DNA of 64,000 nucleotides from Takakia lepidozioides (lineage: Eukaryota; Plantae; Bryophyta). Location: assembly GCA_030704615.1 (NCBI GenBank), contig CM060734.1:39246001-39310000 (forward strand), given 5' to 3'. The notes below the pieces were generated by a model. The model searched no databases and had not been told where the DNA came from. It was given only the letters and a program-made list of their open reading frames with translations. This document shows, one piece after another, positions 21,567 to 33,300 of this stretch (position 1 is its first letter; every line of letters starts with the position of its first letter). The position numbers and the translations under genes were made by a program.

Positions 21567-24537
21567 TCAGCATTGAGAAAAGGGACCGGGAGTTCCAGTC
21601 CACCCTTCAAGGCACCGAAGCAGAGGGGCTACAAGCTTTCCCTCCGAGATCGCATCATAAACTTTCTCAATCTCCTGACCAGGCGAGATAGTATTAGTAC
21701 CAGAAAGCAACTGGGTTCCCAGCTCGGACCGAACGAAATTGTACAGGGGGTACGATCGGCAATCATGAATGCGGTTGGGTACTGAAGAAAAGCCCTTGTC
21801 ATATGAGTCCCTGACCATTGATACTTCGATGTTCAGACGCGCCTTCAAATCCTCCTCGAAAATAGAAATTCTGTGGAACACTGAGGTGGATTGTGATTTC
21901 TCATCTTGAGGATTCTTTAGTGCATGCTCAACCATCACCTGTCTCAGCTTTTGCATCAGAGGATATGACTCGCTCGACGCGTCATCAATGTACGTAAATA
22001 CTGGCTGATGGTCTACAACTCGCAAAAGCTCCTTTTCGCAAAATCGTGCTGGTAAAAGCACACCATTACTGCCCGTGACAAGCGTCTTCTTAGTCACCTG
22101 GGCGACAATTTGCTTGACCGCTGCTTGCATTGTCTCCTCAATGTGTCGGAGGTCAACAGCTTGACATAGTCCCACCAAGAAAGTTGCACTCATAAGCTTC
22201 AATATTTCGATAGATTCCTCGGTCTTTCTGGCAGACACCAATCCCAGAGAATTCACGTCCTGATTGTGTTGCTCGGCACTTTGAACATGAGTGGTCACGG
22301 GATTGGCCAAGTAATTTAGTTCTGAGAGGTAAGAAGCCATAGCTATCTCACCTCCCTTCATTCCGTAGTCCAGACTTGGGTTGGGGCCTCCGCTCAAGTT
22401 CGAAGGCAACCCATTGTTGTAGAAGTCATTCACGAGTTCTGAAAATTGTGCAAACATGAGCTTTCCTATTGCAGCAATGGCCAAGCGCATGTTGTCCATG
22501 GAGACACCAATGGGGGTTCCTTGGAAATTACCACCGTGCAGAGCTCTGTCCCCACTAGCGTCGATAAGTGGGTTGTCGTTCACAGAGTTAATTTCCCTCT
22601 GGATAGCATGTGTTGCGTACCGAATAACCTCCACCTGCCATCGCAAAGATATCAGAAAAGAGGGCGCTGTAGAACCAAACAAATCGCTAACTACATCCGT
22701 GACAGACAATTCAGAGGGATTCGTAAAATTCTGAAAAAGAAGTGCCCATTCACGCTACAGTGATCTGTAGAATCTGGTTTCTAACAATCAATACTACCGT
22801 GATCAAACAGTAATTCCAGACGAAGTCCCATCAACGACTTCCCGGATGTTGGAAGCATGAAAGCACCTGAGGGCCCAGCCATTGCGGCGAGGTGCGCAGC
22901 GCGTAACGGTCCTGTTTGGGCTTCTTCAATGGGTCGGTCTCATGCAATTTGGCCGCAGCTCTCATGTAGGAACTGCCATCGAGAACCCATTCCATCAAGG
23001 CCGCTGCTTCCATTTGCCCAGGGTGATGTTTCAACTTGTGGGTCAATGGGTCAGCAAATTCTGGTTTCCCTTGCATTACTTCACAGAACAGTGCTGAGAG
23101 AACCTCAGCCAGTAGGACCAAAATGTTTGCATCGAAACAGACTGTTGAGGCCAGGGCGGACCCGACCGCTGTTCCATTGACCAGGGCAAGGCCCTCCTTT
23201 GGTTGCAATTCAAAGGGCTTTTCCACCCCCGCAAGCTTCAAAGCCTGGAGTGCTGACACCTCCTTGCCATCCTGCGTAAGAGCTTTGGAATTGGGCCTTG
23301 CAGTAAGAAGCCCTGCAGTAATAGTGCACATTACCAATTCAGTGAGATTGGCCACTATCGCAAACTTGTAGACCTGAGGTCAATGAATGGATTCACGGAA
23401 AGGATGATAGAGATGTCCTGAAGTTGAGAAGCCTAGATCGAACTGCCCAATACACATCATCATTCACTGCAACCATCCATCTTGATGCTGATGCAGAAAT
23501 GGTTGACCTTGAATACAATGCTCCTTGGAGAGAAATTAGTTCAAGACAGAACTACGGAAGATTGAAAGATATACATGGGCATACCAGCAATGTATGACAA
23601 TGGGACAAGGTCTCCGGATGCTGTGATAGTGCCCCGCAGAGGCAGTTTAGGAGTGATGTGGCAGTTGAGAAGCTTCTGCATTGCTTCCAAAATCTCCCAC
23701 CGGATTCCCGAATACCCCTGCAGCAAAGTGTTTGTTCGCACTAACATTGCGGCGCGGGTAGTGCATGCAGGCAATGTATTGCCGGTGCCCTTGCCGAAGA
23801 CTCCCGCATTCAGAAACCTGCAAAAGAAGCAATACTCACTTCCACACGTTCAGCACTCACATTCTTCAGTGCCGCGGGCTCCAAGTATTGTGAGAACAAG
23901 TCAGGCAGGTCCAATTACTACTGGCATCACCACTAGCGAGTATCGAGGATGAGTTAAGTTGCACACTATTGAAGAGCTCTGCCGTTCCTAAATATTTCTG
24001 GATTTGGGTTTGCCCTACACAGTACCTGATGAGCTCTCTCTGAAGCTCCACCCCTTGCTGGGTGCGGCGGTGGGAGGTGGCCCCAAAACCGGTGGTGACC
24101 CCATATATGTCTCCACCATTCATTATCTTCTGCAGAACCCAGTTGGAGCTCTCGTCCACCCCCCTCTTCGCTACGGCAGCATCCAACACCACTTTAACTT
24201 CTGGTCGTCGAGCCACTGCTGCCACTTGTGCAACTGTTAGGCTCACTCCCTCCAGCCCCACTTCAGTGGTCTCATAGAAAGTTTTCACCATCTTCTTCAC
24301 CTCCTCAAGGTGGCTGCCTTGCAATGCCGCGGCTGTCTTCCCCCAGTTGAGGGGGTCGACCAGCTGGATCGATTGCAGGGCATCGATGCACAGAGAGTCT
24401 CCATTTGAGTCGTGAATACCATTTGAATTGTGAATCCCATTTGACTCGTGTATGCCATTTGAGTTGTGAATCCCATTTGATTGGTGCATCTCACTGTCAC
24501 CATTGGCGGACAGCTTAGATCTCTTTGTCACCACCAT
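21567..24537 (-). CDS. PAL: Phenylalanine ammonia-lyase; exons 24537-24026, 23817-23585, 23312-22867, 22634-21567; 752 aa
   Basis: Exons total 2259 nt in frame with GT-AG borders. Motifs: [47 protein letters not shown] (MIO Ala-Ser-Gly), [39 protein letters not shown]. Confidence 0.98.
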
Positions 24538-24589
24538 GGCTGCTTACTGAGTGAGTTCGAAAGAAGGGTTTGTCGAAGCAGACGACTAT

Positions 24590-24948
24590 AGAGAGAGAGA
24601 GAGAGAGAGAGATGGACTAGAGCGGGTGCTGCGTTGTACCAGAGGCTAAGAGAGATGCCCACGCAAGTGTCACTAATGAGCAGGAAGTAATGTGTTATAT
24701 AAGCACAGTGACCACAAGTCCAGGGACACACCGGCACGAGAAACGCCTCCCTCCTTTCAGGATCACAACTGAGGGACCTCAGCCAAATAAAGGCCGTGAG
24801 GGAAGAGGCAAGAAAACTGAGGTGGAGAGAGGTGTTAATATGACAGCCAGTGCCCGAAGGTGGCAGACTAGTCTGCAACTACATCAAACTGACTCGTGGG
24901 GCCCAGGAGCACAGGCCGTGTTACAGCATCAGGACGCTGGCGGTTGGT
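24590..24948 (-). promoter_or_regulatory. PAL 5' leader and core promoter: (CT)n tract, TATA box, one AC-II-like element
   Basis: (GA)n on + at ~24590-24612, TTATATAA at 24695-24702 (~160 bp upstream of the ATG), and ACCAACC on the minus strand at 24942-24948. These short motifs are only suggestive. Confidence 0.45.
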
Positions 24949-27900
24949 CCTCTTCCACGGAGGCCCGAAATCACGAGGATGGTCACAAGCCGAAGGAATA
25001 GTTGGGCAGAGATTTCCCTGGTGGGTGAAATCAGGAAAAATACTGCAGTGCTCAACCAATCGATGGGTACCTGAAAGCTTTGTGAGATGCACACTGTGAC
25101 ATGTCCTCAGTGAGGATGAAATCATAACACACAATTGGTGAGGAGCAGGATGGTACACGACCATCTTGCCTTGTGTGCATGGAATGCCTGCCACGCCATT
25201 CTTACGTGCAGTGAGCTGCCTGTTGTTTATTTACTCGTCCCACTCTCCACTCTTCAAGGCTTGACAGGCGGTTCCAGGTCATACACTTGCCCAAATGCTA
25301 CACATGCCCAGCTGGCCACCCTTCCTTTAATAACTCCCCCCCATTACCGCTTGTGGTACCCCTCCACACATGTCATACCATCTTTTTCCCCACATACCCA
25401 ATTCAGTTCTAGAGCTCACAGACAATACGGTCCATATCATAATCCATGGGGGCTGACCTTTTAGTAACTATTTTGAACAAGAGCTTCTTTCTATATGTTC
25501 TGATTTTCAGGATGGATGGAGCATCGGGTCTGTGGGGTGAAGTATACATACTCCATCCCATCAACTGGGTTGTTGTCAACGGCATTACAATGGCACACCT
25601 AACAAAACCTCTGATAGACACTGGGCAACTTAAGACTGTAACTTAAGGCTGTAAGCAAGGCCTGATAGACAGTTAAGGCTGTAAGCAAGGGTCTAGCACA
25701 ATCACAGCAAAACATTTGGAGATTATCATGTATAAGGTAGTGGCATCTAGAAGTGTGCGCAACCTTATTATGTCCCCTATTTTTGATGAATGAAGTCACC
25801 CTTTTCATCTTAGTAACTGTGCACTTTTGTAAAGGAGGCGATTCAAGGTTAATTATTGCTTTGGATTAGGTACGATGTGAGGTGTTTTGGAGTACAAGGG
25901 GCTTATTTAATGGTGCATTAGTGAAGCTAATTACATAGCAGCCTATTGATTCTTATTTCAAATTCCTAATTTGTTTTTGAAAGTGGAGGCGAGTGATTTG
26001 GGACAATGGCCAATTAATACAGCAGCCATGCATCAATGCAAATGGGATGCATGGTGCACCATATATAGTGTTACAATGCACACATTTTTATCATGCTTCC
26101 GTTGCCAAGGATGGCGGAAGAATGGGAAATGAGGGAGTTGTGGAGTCTTCTAGCTCCACGCGGTCGGCTAGTTTAGGGTTCTCAGATGGCCATATATGAG
26201 GAGTTGTAGGTCAACTCAGGGCATACTTAAGGGTCCTACTTGGAGTTGTATATGGTCAGATTTAGCACGGGTGCGTTGGGAGACAGTTACTTTTGGGCCC
26301 GCACATGGCCTAGTTTTGTTAATTTTTGGGACAGTTGGCACATCTTGTGCACTCAGGGCAACTTAAAGCACATATCAAGGAGCATTATAGGATAGACCTA
26401 CTGAGCAGTAGTGGGATAATATGCACTTTGATTTTGATAATTCATATATAATACATCCGTGATTGGAAAATTATGTGCTTTGCACAAATGATTGTTGCTT
26501 CATTTGCTATTCTGCTCATATAATTTTTGTGACACTACACCCTCTGAGGAGTTGCACACTGCTTAAAAGCACACTTCAAGATACCACTACCTTATATACA
26601 TGTATGTATTAAAGAGGTAACATTTATCATAGTCAATAAGCTGATAATGGACAGCACAGTGAGCAACCTACTTTTGGGTGTGGCCTTCGACATTCACATC
26701 ACGACACTAAACCGCACTCCAGGGCGTGTCAGTTTTTCACAGACTAGTGGGTTATGTAGTTTGCTGGTAGCACACAAGGGAGTCCGGAGGCATCCAAGGC
26801 AGACTGATAATGATGGAATCATGCCAATGCGGAGCTGCTTTGAATGGTAAGAGCAAGCGATACGTGCTACATATCAGCTAGGTAAATTTGTAGGTGCTTG
26901 TGTGGCTTTCCGCATCTTCAGCAAAACAACGGACATTTTATAAGAGCACAACGGATCGGAGCTCAACGTTCCTCATTCCCCTTCCGAGGTGGAGCGCTTG
27001 AACGATGCTTGTTAAGGGTTAAGCGGCGTTGACACGTTGTCGGGTAAGGTAGATATGTACTTGTAAAGACAGCAAGAGTGAGACTTTCGGCACGAATGCC
27101 ATGCATTTTCAAGACATCCTTTCTGTTTTGTCCACGGCGTAAAGTCTGTTGTCCTAAACTAAGCTTTTCACTCAAGCAAAAATGGGAAGCAACGGGATGG
27201 AAATCCTGGCAGTACAATGAAAATATGGGTCTGGCCTACCCGCCACCTTTCATAAACAGCGGAATTCCTAGTGGAAGACTGACTGTATGATTACTGCACA
27301 GGTTTAATGATCAGTTGAGTACATAATTAATACGTCGGTGATTTGTCTCCATACTCTTCTCTGATCAGCGCTGCAGGCACAGTGATCTTTGTTTATGACT
27401 GAATTCTGAAGGAAAGTTATTGGGCACCTACAAATTTTACTCGCTGGGCCATGAGCGGTGAACATCTTGTGTACGTCCTCCGATCTTTTTTTTGATGTTT
27501 TGAGCTAAGTATCTTGCTTTACTCGAGTTATATACCAAAGAGTGGTTGAGGTGATTATGAGCCAACCCCGAAATTCACTACCTGCCAGTCATCAGTGTGT
27601 CACATCACTTTATATTCAAAAGTTTGGTAGAATCGTTTGGTAAACTTAAAACAGTTTACTGAACCAGAACAATTGCCACCGATGTCGTCGACACTAAAGG
27701 CAAGGACAGTCCCAGGATAGCATATAAAGCTTGATTACAGTATGATAAGAGATCCATTATGAGAGGCAGCGTCCACCATAGGACCTGCAAGCCTGCTTAT
27801 TATCGTACGTCAATGGTGTTGCACCTCATCGGCCACAATAAGTTACAATCCCTTTCACTGTGCATGTGTGATCCTTGGAGTCCTCCCTAAAGTATTCGAT

Positions 27901-28800
27901 AGACTTCCCTACGGGATTCTCCAATGGTGCTCGAGGTACAACTTGTACATAGACAGCTTCAATGCCACCAGGGTTGCTCCACAGTCAGTCTCCTCCAGAC
28001 TGTTGTCCAGAAACCAAATATTAAGTATAAACGTAATATATTTAACGTATTACGTATTATGTATTCTAAATTCTAATACCACCCAGGCTCAAGTTGCACC
28101 TCGCAATTAGTTCCTTGCACGAGACACCAAATTCCAGAATCTGAAGATCACTTATGGAGTGACTACATGTGTCAAAACTACGCCACATTTATGTTCGAGT
28201 TGGCATGTCAAGCAAGGGCACCAAAGGAAAGTCTTAGGATCCTGCAATGAACAATGAACATAGTTGATGGTGCATGCAAGTGACAGATCTGCATATCAGA
28301 TTATATCTGACAGCACCCAGAACAACACTGGGTGAGACCGACATATGGAGGGCTACATCCGACGATCTAGCAGAGAAATACCGATGTCGGAGGAGCTACG
28401 AAGCTACATTTGGTCACATAAAAAAATACTACCACAACACCTCTCGAGTCCCTAGTTGTTCATTTCAATGACAATATTCATGAAACTTCTCCGACGTCTG
28501 GCATGTGGGACCTGAGTTGTCTACTTGTGCCAAATGATGCTGTCCAGATGTGCAAAATGCGCAAGGCGAGGGCAAACGTTTGGAGGAGCCTTCCATTATG
28601 GAGTCCATTATGATTGATTCAAGAATCGTCTGCCCCCAAAATGGTATCCCTGGGTCCCACAGAACTGGCAACTCATCAACAACAGAGTGAACAGACTGTC
28701 GCTGAAGCTTTGTAAGTTAAAAGCTCTGTAAGCTCAGGTGCTTATTACCTAGCTCTGCCGAGAGGCTGAGCCTAAAGGGCAGCGATGATGAATCATTTAT

Positions 28801-30308
28801 GCATTGATTTCAGGCGCCTTTATTGAGGCAGCACGCCGGCTACCGGGCTGCTCCGGCGAGCCTGCTGCCGTCGCCGTCTGTAGGGCAACTACGTCGGCGA
28901 AAGGGAACACAGCATGTCTAAGTTAATTGAAATATATTCGCAGGACTATATTATGTTATGTTATCGCTACAGGAATATTTTACATCTTTTCATGCTCCTC
29001 TATGTGTAATATATTATATTAAACTTAAAAAACAATATATATATTTTTGGAGGGGAAAAAATTAAAACCCCAGTTAATATATTTCCTTGACTTATATCTC
29101 ATTATCATACATACATATATATATATATATATTAGAGAACAGGGGACAGTGGCCTTGGAAACATTTATTAATAATGTGAGGAAAAAATAACCTTACAAGA
29201 AGGCAGATGATTGAGGTTCCACTCTGAGCCAAATACATATAAATGCTAATGTGTATAATTTATCTCTCATATATGAATGATAATACCAAGCAAATCTTTG
29301 AAAAAAAAACCAATACCAATACTGAAAAAGAAAAAAAACTTATTTGCATATCTGATATTATTTCATGGACAAATTGAAGAATCTCTGCAAAGTCAAATCT
29401 CTATCAGTTTTTTTTTTCATTTTAGAGCTTATTTAAGATTAATTGAATACGTGGATGTCTACTGTTAGTAATGATATATCATTTCATATGAATGATATAT
29501 ATATACTGCATATATCTTATATTACATAATAGACAGAACAAATAATCTTATACTTTTTCTATTCTAGCTTTGTATGTTGTGATAAGTTTTCTCTTCACTC
29601 TGTATGCATACATATGCTATTAAAATATTTCAATCAAAGCTAATATACTATATAATGGGAGACATCTACCTATTCAATTAATCTTAAACAAGTATCCAAA
29701 TTCAAATGTATTGAGATATGACTTAAAGAGATTATTTTATGTTAAAAAGAAGTATAAGTTGTAAAAATAATTATATATATATGAGAGACATGATCCACCT
29801 GTTCAATTAAATATTAAATAAAATTTTAAAATCCGAAAAGTTTAGATGTATGACCTAGATAGATTATTTTACTTGTTAGGAAGTAATATAAGTTATTTAA
29901 AAATATATTTTCATTCACCTATTCAAATAATTAAACAACTTCTAGTACTCAAAAAGTATTAGAGAGATGACAGTCAAAATTACCTATGAAGTAGTATAAG
30001 TTATATAAATATATCAGCATACAAATAGTTTAATCTAGAATATTAATATAGAGTATAAGAGATGTAAAATATTCATCATCTAGCGATAATATAATATCGT
30101 CCCTTTAAAAAAAACAAAAACAAAATCGTCCTGTGTATATATTTCAATTAACTTAGGGCTGTGGAGCTGGTAACGCATCCCTCCATTGCCGAGCCTCAAA
30201 CCCTTTGGCCGACGGCGACGGGCGACGGCAGCAGGCGGGTTCGCCGGAGCAGCCCAGCCGCTGCCGGTATTCGGCGTGCTGCGTCAGCAAGGCAGGTGTA
30301 ATGAATGC
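28801..30308. mobile_element. Non-autonomous foldback / MULE-like element with long imperfect TIRs and an AT-rich core
   Basis: ~28801-29027 aligns to the reverse complement of ~30026-30308 through blocks GCAGCACGCCG, GGGCTGCTCCGGCGA, CCTGCTGCCGTCGCC, CGTCGGC.AAAGGG, CTAAGTTAATTGAAATATAT, TTATCGCTA and GAATATTTTACATCT. Non-coding interior; no clear TSD. Confidence 0.75.
29655..30015. repeat. Three diverged ~126-130-bp AT-rich tandem units inside the foldback element
   Basis: ACCT(A/G)TTCAA...ATGAC...ATTA...TATAAGTT recurs from ~29655, ~29781 and ~29911. Confidence 0.65.
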
Positions 30309-33300
30309 TAATGAGTGCTGGTTAGCAGAGAGCAGTGTTTGGCAAGCATCGACGTGGTGCGAGCAGAGCCACGGGCCCCATCGTCCATTCCACCGCCCCA
30401 CGTTTCTCGCATTTTTGTGCCCACGTGTTCCCTTCTCTTTATGATCGAGATCCCCTACAAATATATCGCACCCTCAATTCACATCTAAGTATCTCCCTAT
30501 TTTTGTTTCGACGTGGAGCATCGTTTTTTTTTTTCATTTAAGAACTTGAGCCACGTTGGTTCCGTCTGGCCTATGACGAAGATCAATTGGCGATTCTGTG
30601 GTTGTGATTTGGAACAGGTGGCTACTGTCAAGAATGTTTGATGAGTTTTATGCGAACTCAACTCATGTAGTGTTCGGTTTGTGGGAGCGACAAGGGAGGT
30701 AATTATTTCTAAGTAACAACGACACTGCATCTTGCAAAGCCTAGCACAACTATGTCACACGGATACAATCCATTGACAAATATGATCAGCAACTCTGCTA
30801 AAATCCTCATGTGCCAGTGCAAGAGACAAGTATGCTTAAATGGAGGTGCATGACACGGATACTAGGCGTGTAAGCGAAACCTAAATGAGAGTTCTCTCCA
30901 TAGCTCGACCCCTTGGCGAAAGCGGGAAGAGTTTGAACCTTGCGCTGGCTGGGTGGTAGGGTTTCTAGAAATCGATAGGCAAGATCGTCTCGATCTAACC
31001 AACCCAAATGGCATGTGGCTCTTTTCCTATGCAACAGTTGTACAAGCGGCGTCCTCATTGCAGCGATATGATGGCATTAGGGAGGGCACTAATGCGAAAC
31101 AATGCCATATTTTAACCCAGAATTCCTTTGTAAATTTCGTGAGGCCAATTTCTGGATCGAAAAGTGGCAAAATTTTGCGCATAAAAAAACGCTGGCGTAG
31201 GGAGAGTCCCACTCGCCCCAGTAACCCGCAAATTATGTTGTATTCATAGACTTAAAATCCGGGATGGCCATGAAGAACTGAACTATCGACACTGGCAGCA
31301 TCAACTAACTTTCTTCATCGATTTTTCTCGTTGCTTCAAAAAAACTTTAATCTTCCGGAGGGTAGAGTTGATCATTAAATGTTTTTCCCTCTGCGCGCGC
31401 AGAGGAATGGGAGGGGGAAAATTTCAGATTCCCTGCTGATCTTCAGATACGCCATTTGTAGCTCTACCACATGTACGTGTTGTGGAGGATCACCTGACTG
31501 ACGCAGGGATGTTGCCCAGGGGAGGAATCTGCTGGTATGTCTGTGGGAATCTGTGATGCCAACGCAGAATGTCTGCTTTCAATGTCTACATACACAAAAA
31601 CAGCTAAGGACCACACGTTTGATTGCATGTGGAATCAACATAACCATGAAAGTCTAGTACCAGATCAGCTTGCCAAAGCCAACAAGCGTCACTTTGATTC
31701 AATTCTAAAGGTAATCAGAGGACTCAGGAGAGCCATCAACTGACTCTTGGTGGACCCGTGGCTCCAATTATCGCTTTAAATCCGGGGCCGACGAGTTTTG
31801 AAGCGGTTTTGGAGCTAGTAAGTTGGTTGCGGATCACATTCAAACTCTTGCCATAAAAATCTACATTTAACTATGAGTAAGAAAACCCTTGGTCGATCAT
31901 GTGATTACCAACTCATACAGGCAGAAAACATGGAAAGCCAATCCCTTTTCTTGCACATCTGATGCATGATGATCCCTACATGTTTTCGTTTCGATTTGAT
32001 CTACTCATGGAAACAACACCTTGCAAGAATGGTGGATTGTTGGACACGTGAATACTTCCAAATTTTATGGATCCACCCACTTCGTATGCGACAAGGAGGT
32101 GGGTAGGGACGTAGGGACAACCCTGATGAATGTCCGGAACCCACGCACAAGGTAAGTCGACCAAACTTGTACAAACGGTGCAGCACCGCCTTTGAACAAT
32201 TTTTCCTTGTTTTTCTTAGATGGATTTTTTTCAGATCGTACACGGATCCATTTGCAGCTCTAATTGTTCACAAGTCTTGCTCCTCACGTGGCTCTCATGG
32301 TCTGCATGCATCAAGCTGCCTCATCACTCACGTGCTTCTCGCGAGTACGCGGCCTACAACCAACAACCTCGGCCCTGCCTGAAAAGATTTCATTGAAAAA
32401 CCGAATCCAGTTCGTCAGAACCTTACAAAATGAACCCCAACTATGAAGCTAAGGTTTGGGAAGAAGTGTAGTTCCAATTACATTACATAGGTTATAAAGA
32501 AGACGTCACATAAGAAGATCGAAAAGAGGTCAAGGCTGAGTGAAATGTGAAGTTTTTAACCTCAATCTTAATTCTGCATCTCTGTCGCTCTCCCCCTTCA
32601 GTAACACAGCTTTTGCCAAAGGAGACAAGCTCCTGCTCGATCGATGATTCTTTTGTTGTATGTAGGTTTTACTCACCTGTTTGTACGGAGCCACCAGCAG
32701 CAGCCAGCTCTGTCACACTGGTGATTGTGCTGTCGAATGCCATTCTCAAAGGAACTTCTCGTAGTACCCATTTGGAGCACCTCGTGCACAGGTCTGATGA
32801 GAGAGGTGTCAGACACATACGGATTCATAAGCGTCCTTGGTGGGCGCACCGCCTCTGCCACGGTCTCTATACGAATGGTGACGATGGTAGAAAATTTTGA
32901 CCTTGTGCCGATCTTGTTTGTCCCTACATTGTTGTATTCCCCCAACTTCCCCCTCTCCATCTGCTTTTGCTGGAACTTATACAGCGCAGTAATTCCTGTT
33001 TCGACAACACACCTTTCATTCAAGTGACAGTTGGGTCTTCAAAGAGGGCTGCAGGGTTGTTTTATTCCATTCTTAGAAGCTTCACAGTAGCTCTTCATCT
33101 CTCTTCCAATACTGAGAAATGTGCAACATCGAGGAATATCAACGAACTGTAACTTCTAAGAGAGATGAAATGGCCAATTTCAATAGATGAAAGACCACCA
33201 GCAATTTTGGGTAATAATTCCAGGGCCCTTTCCACTGTTCGGGAAAAAAATGGATGGTCAATTTGAATGCATGAAATGGCCAATTCAAGTTTCTCAAAGA

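Noticed and set aside
31388-31555. Palindrome CCTCTGCGCGCGCAGAGG and CAGATTCCC/GGGAATCTG pair as a possible miRNA hairpin
   Set aside because: Pairing is too short and discontinuous, and no known miRNA sequence was recognised.
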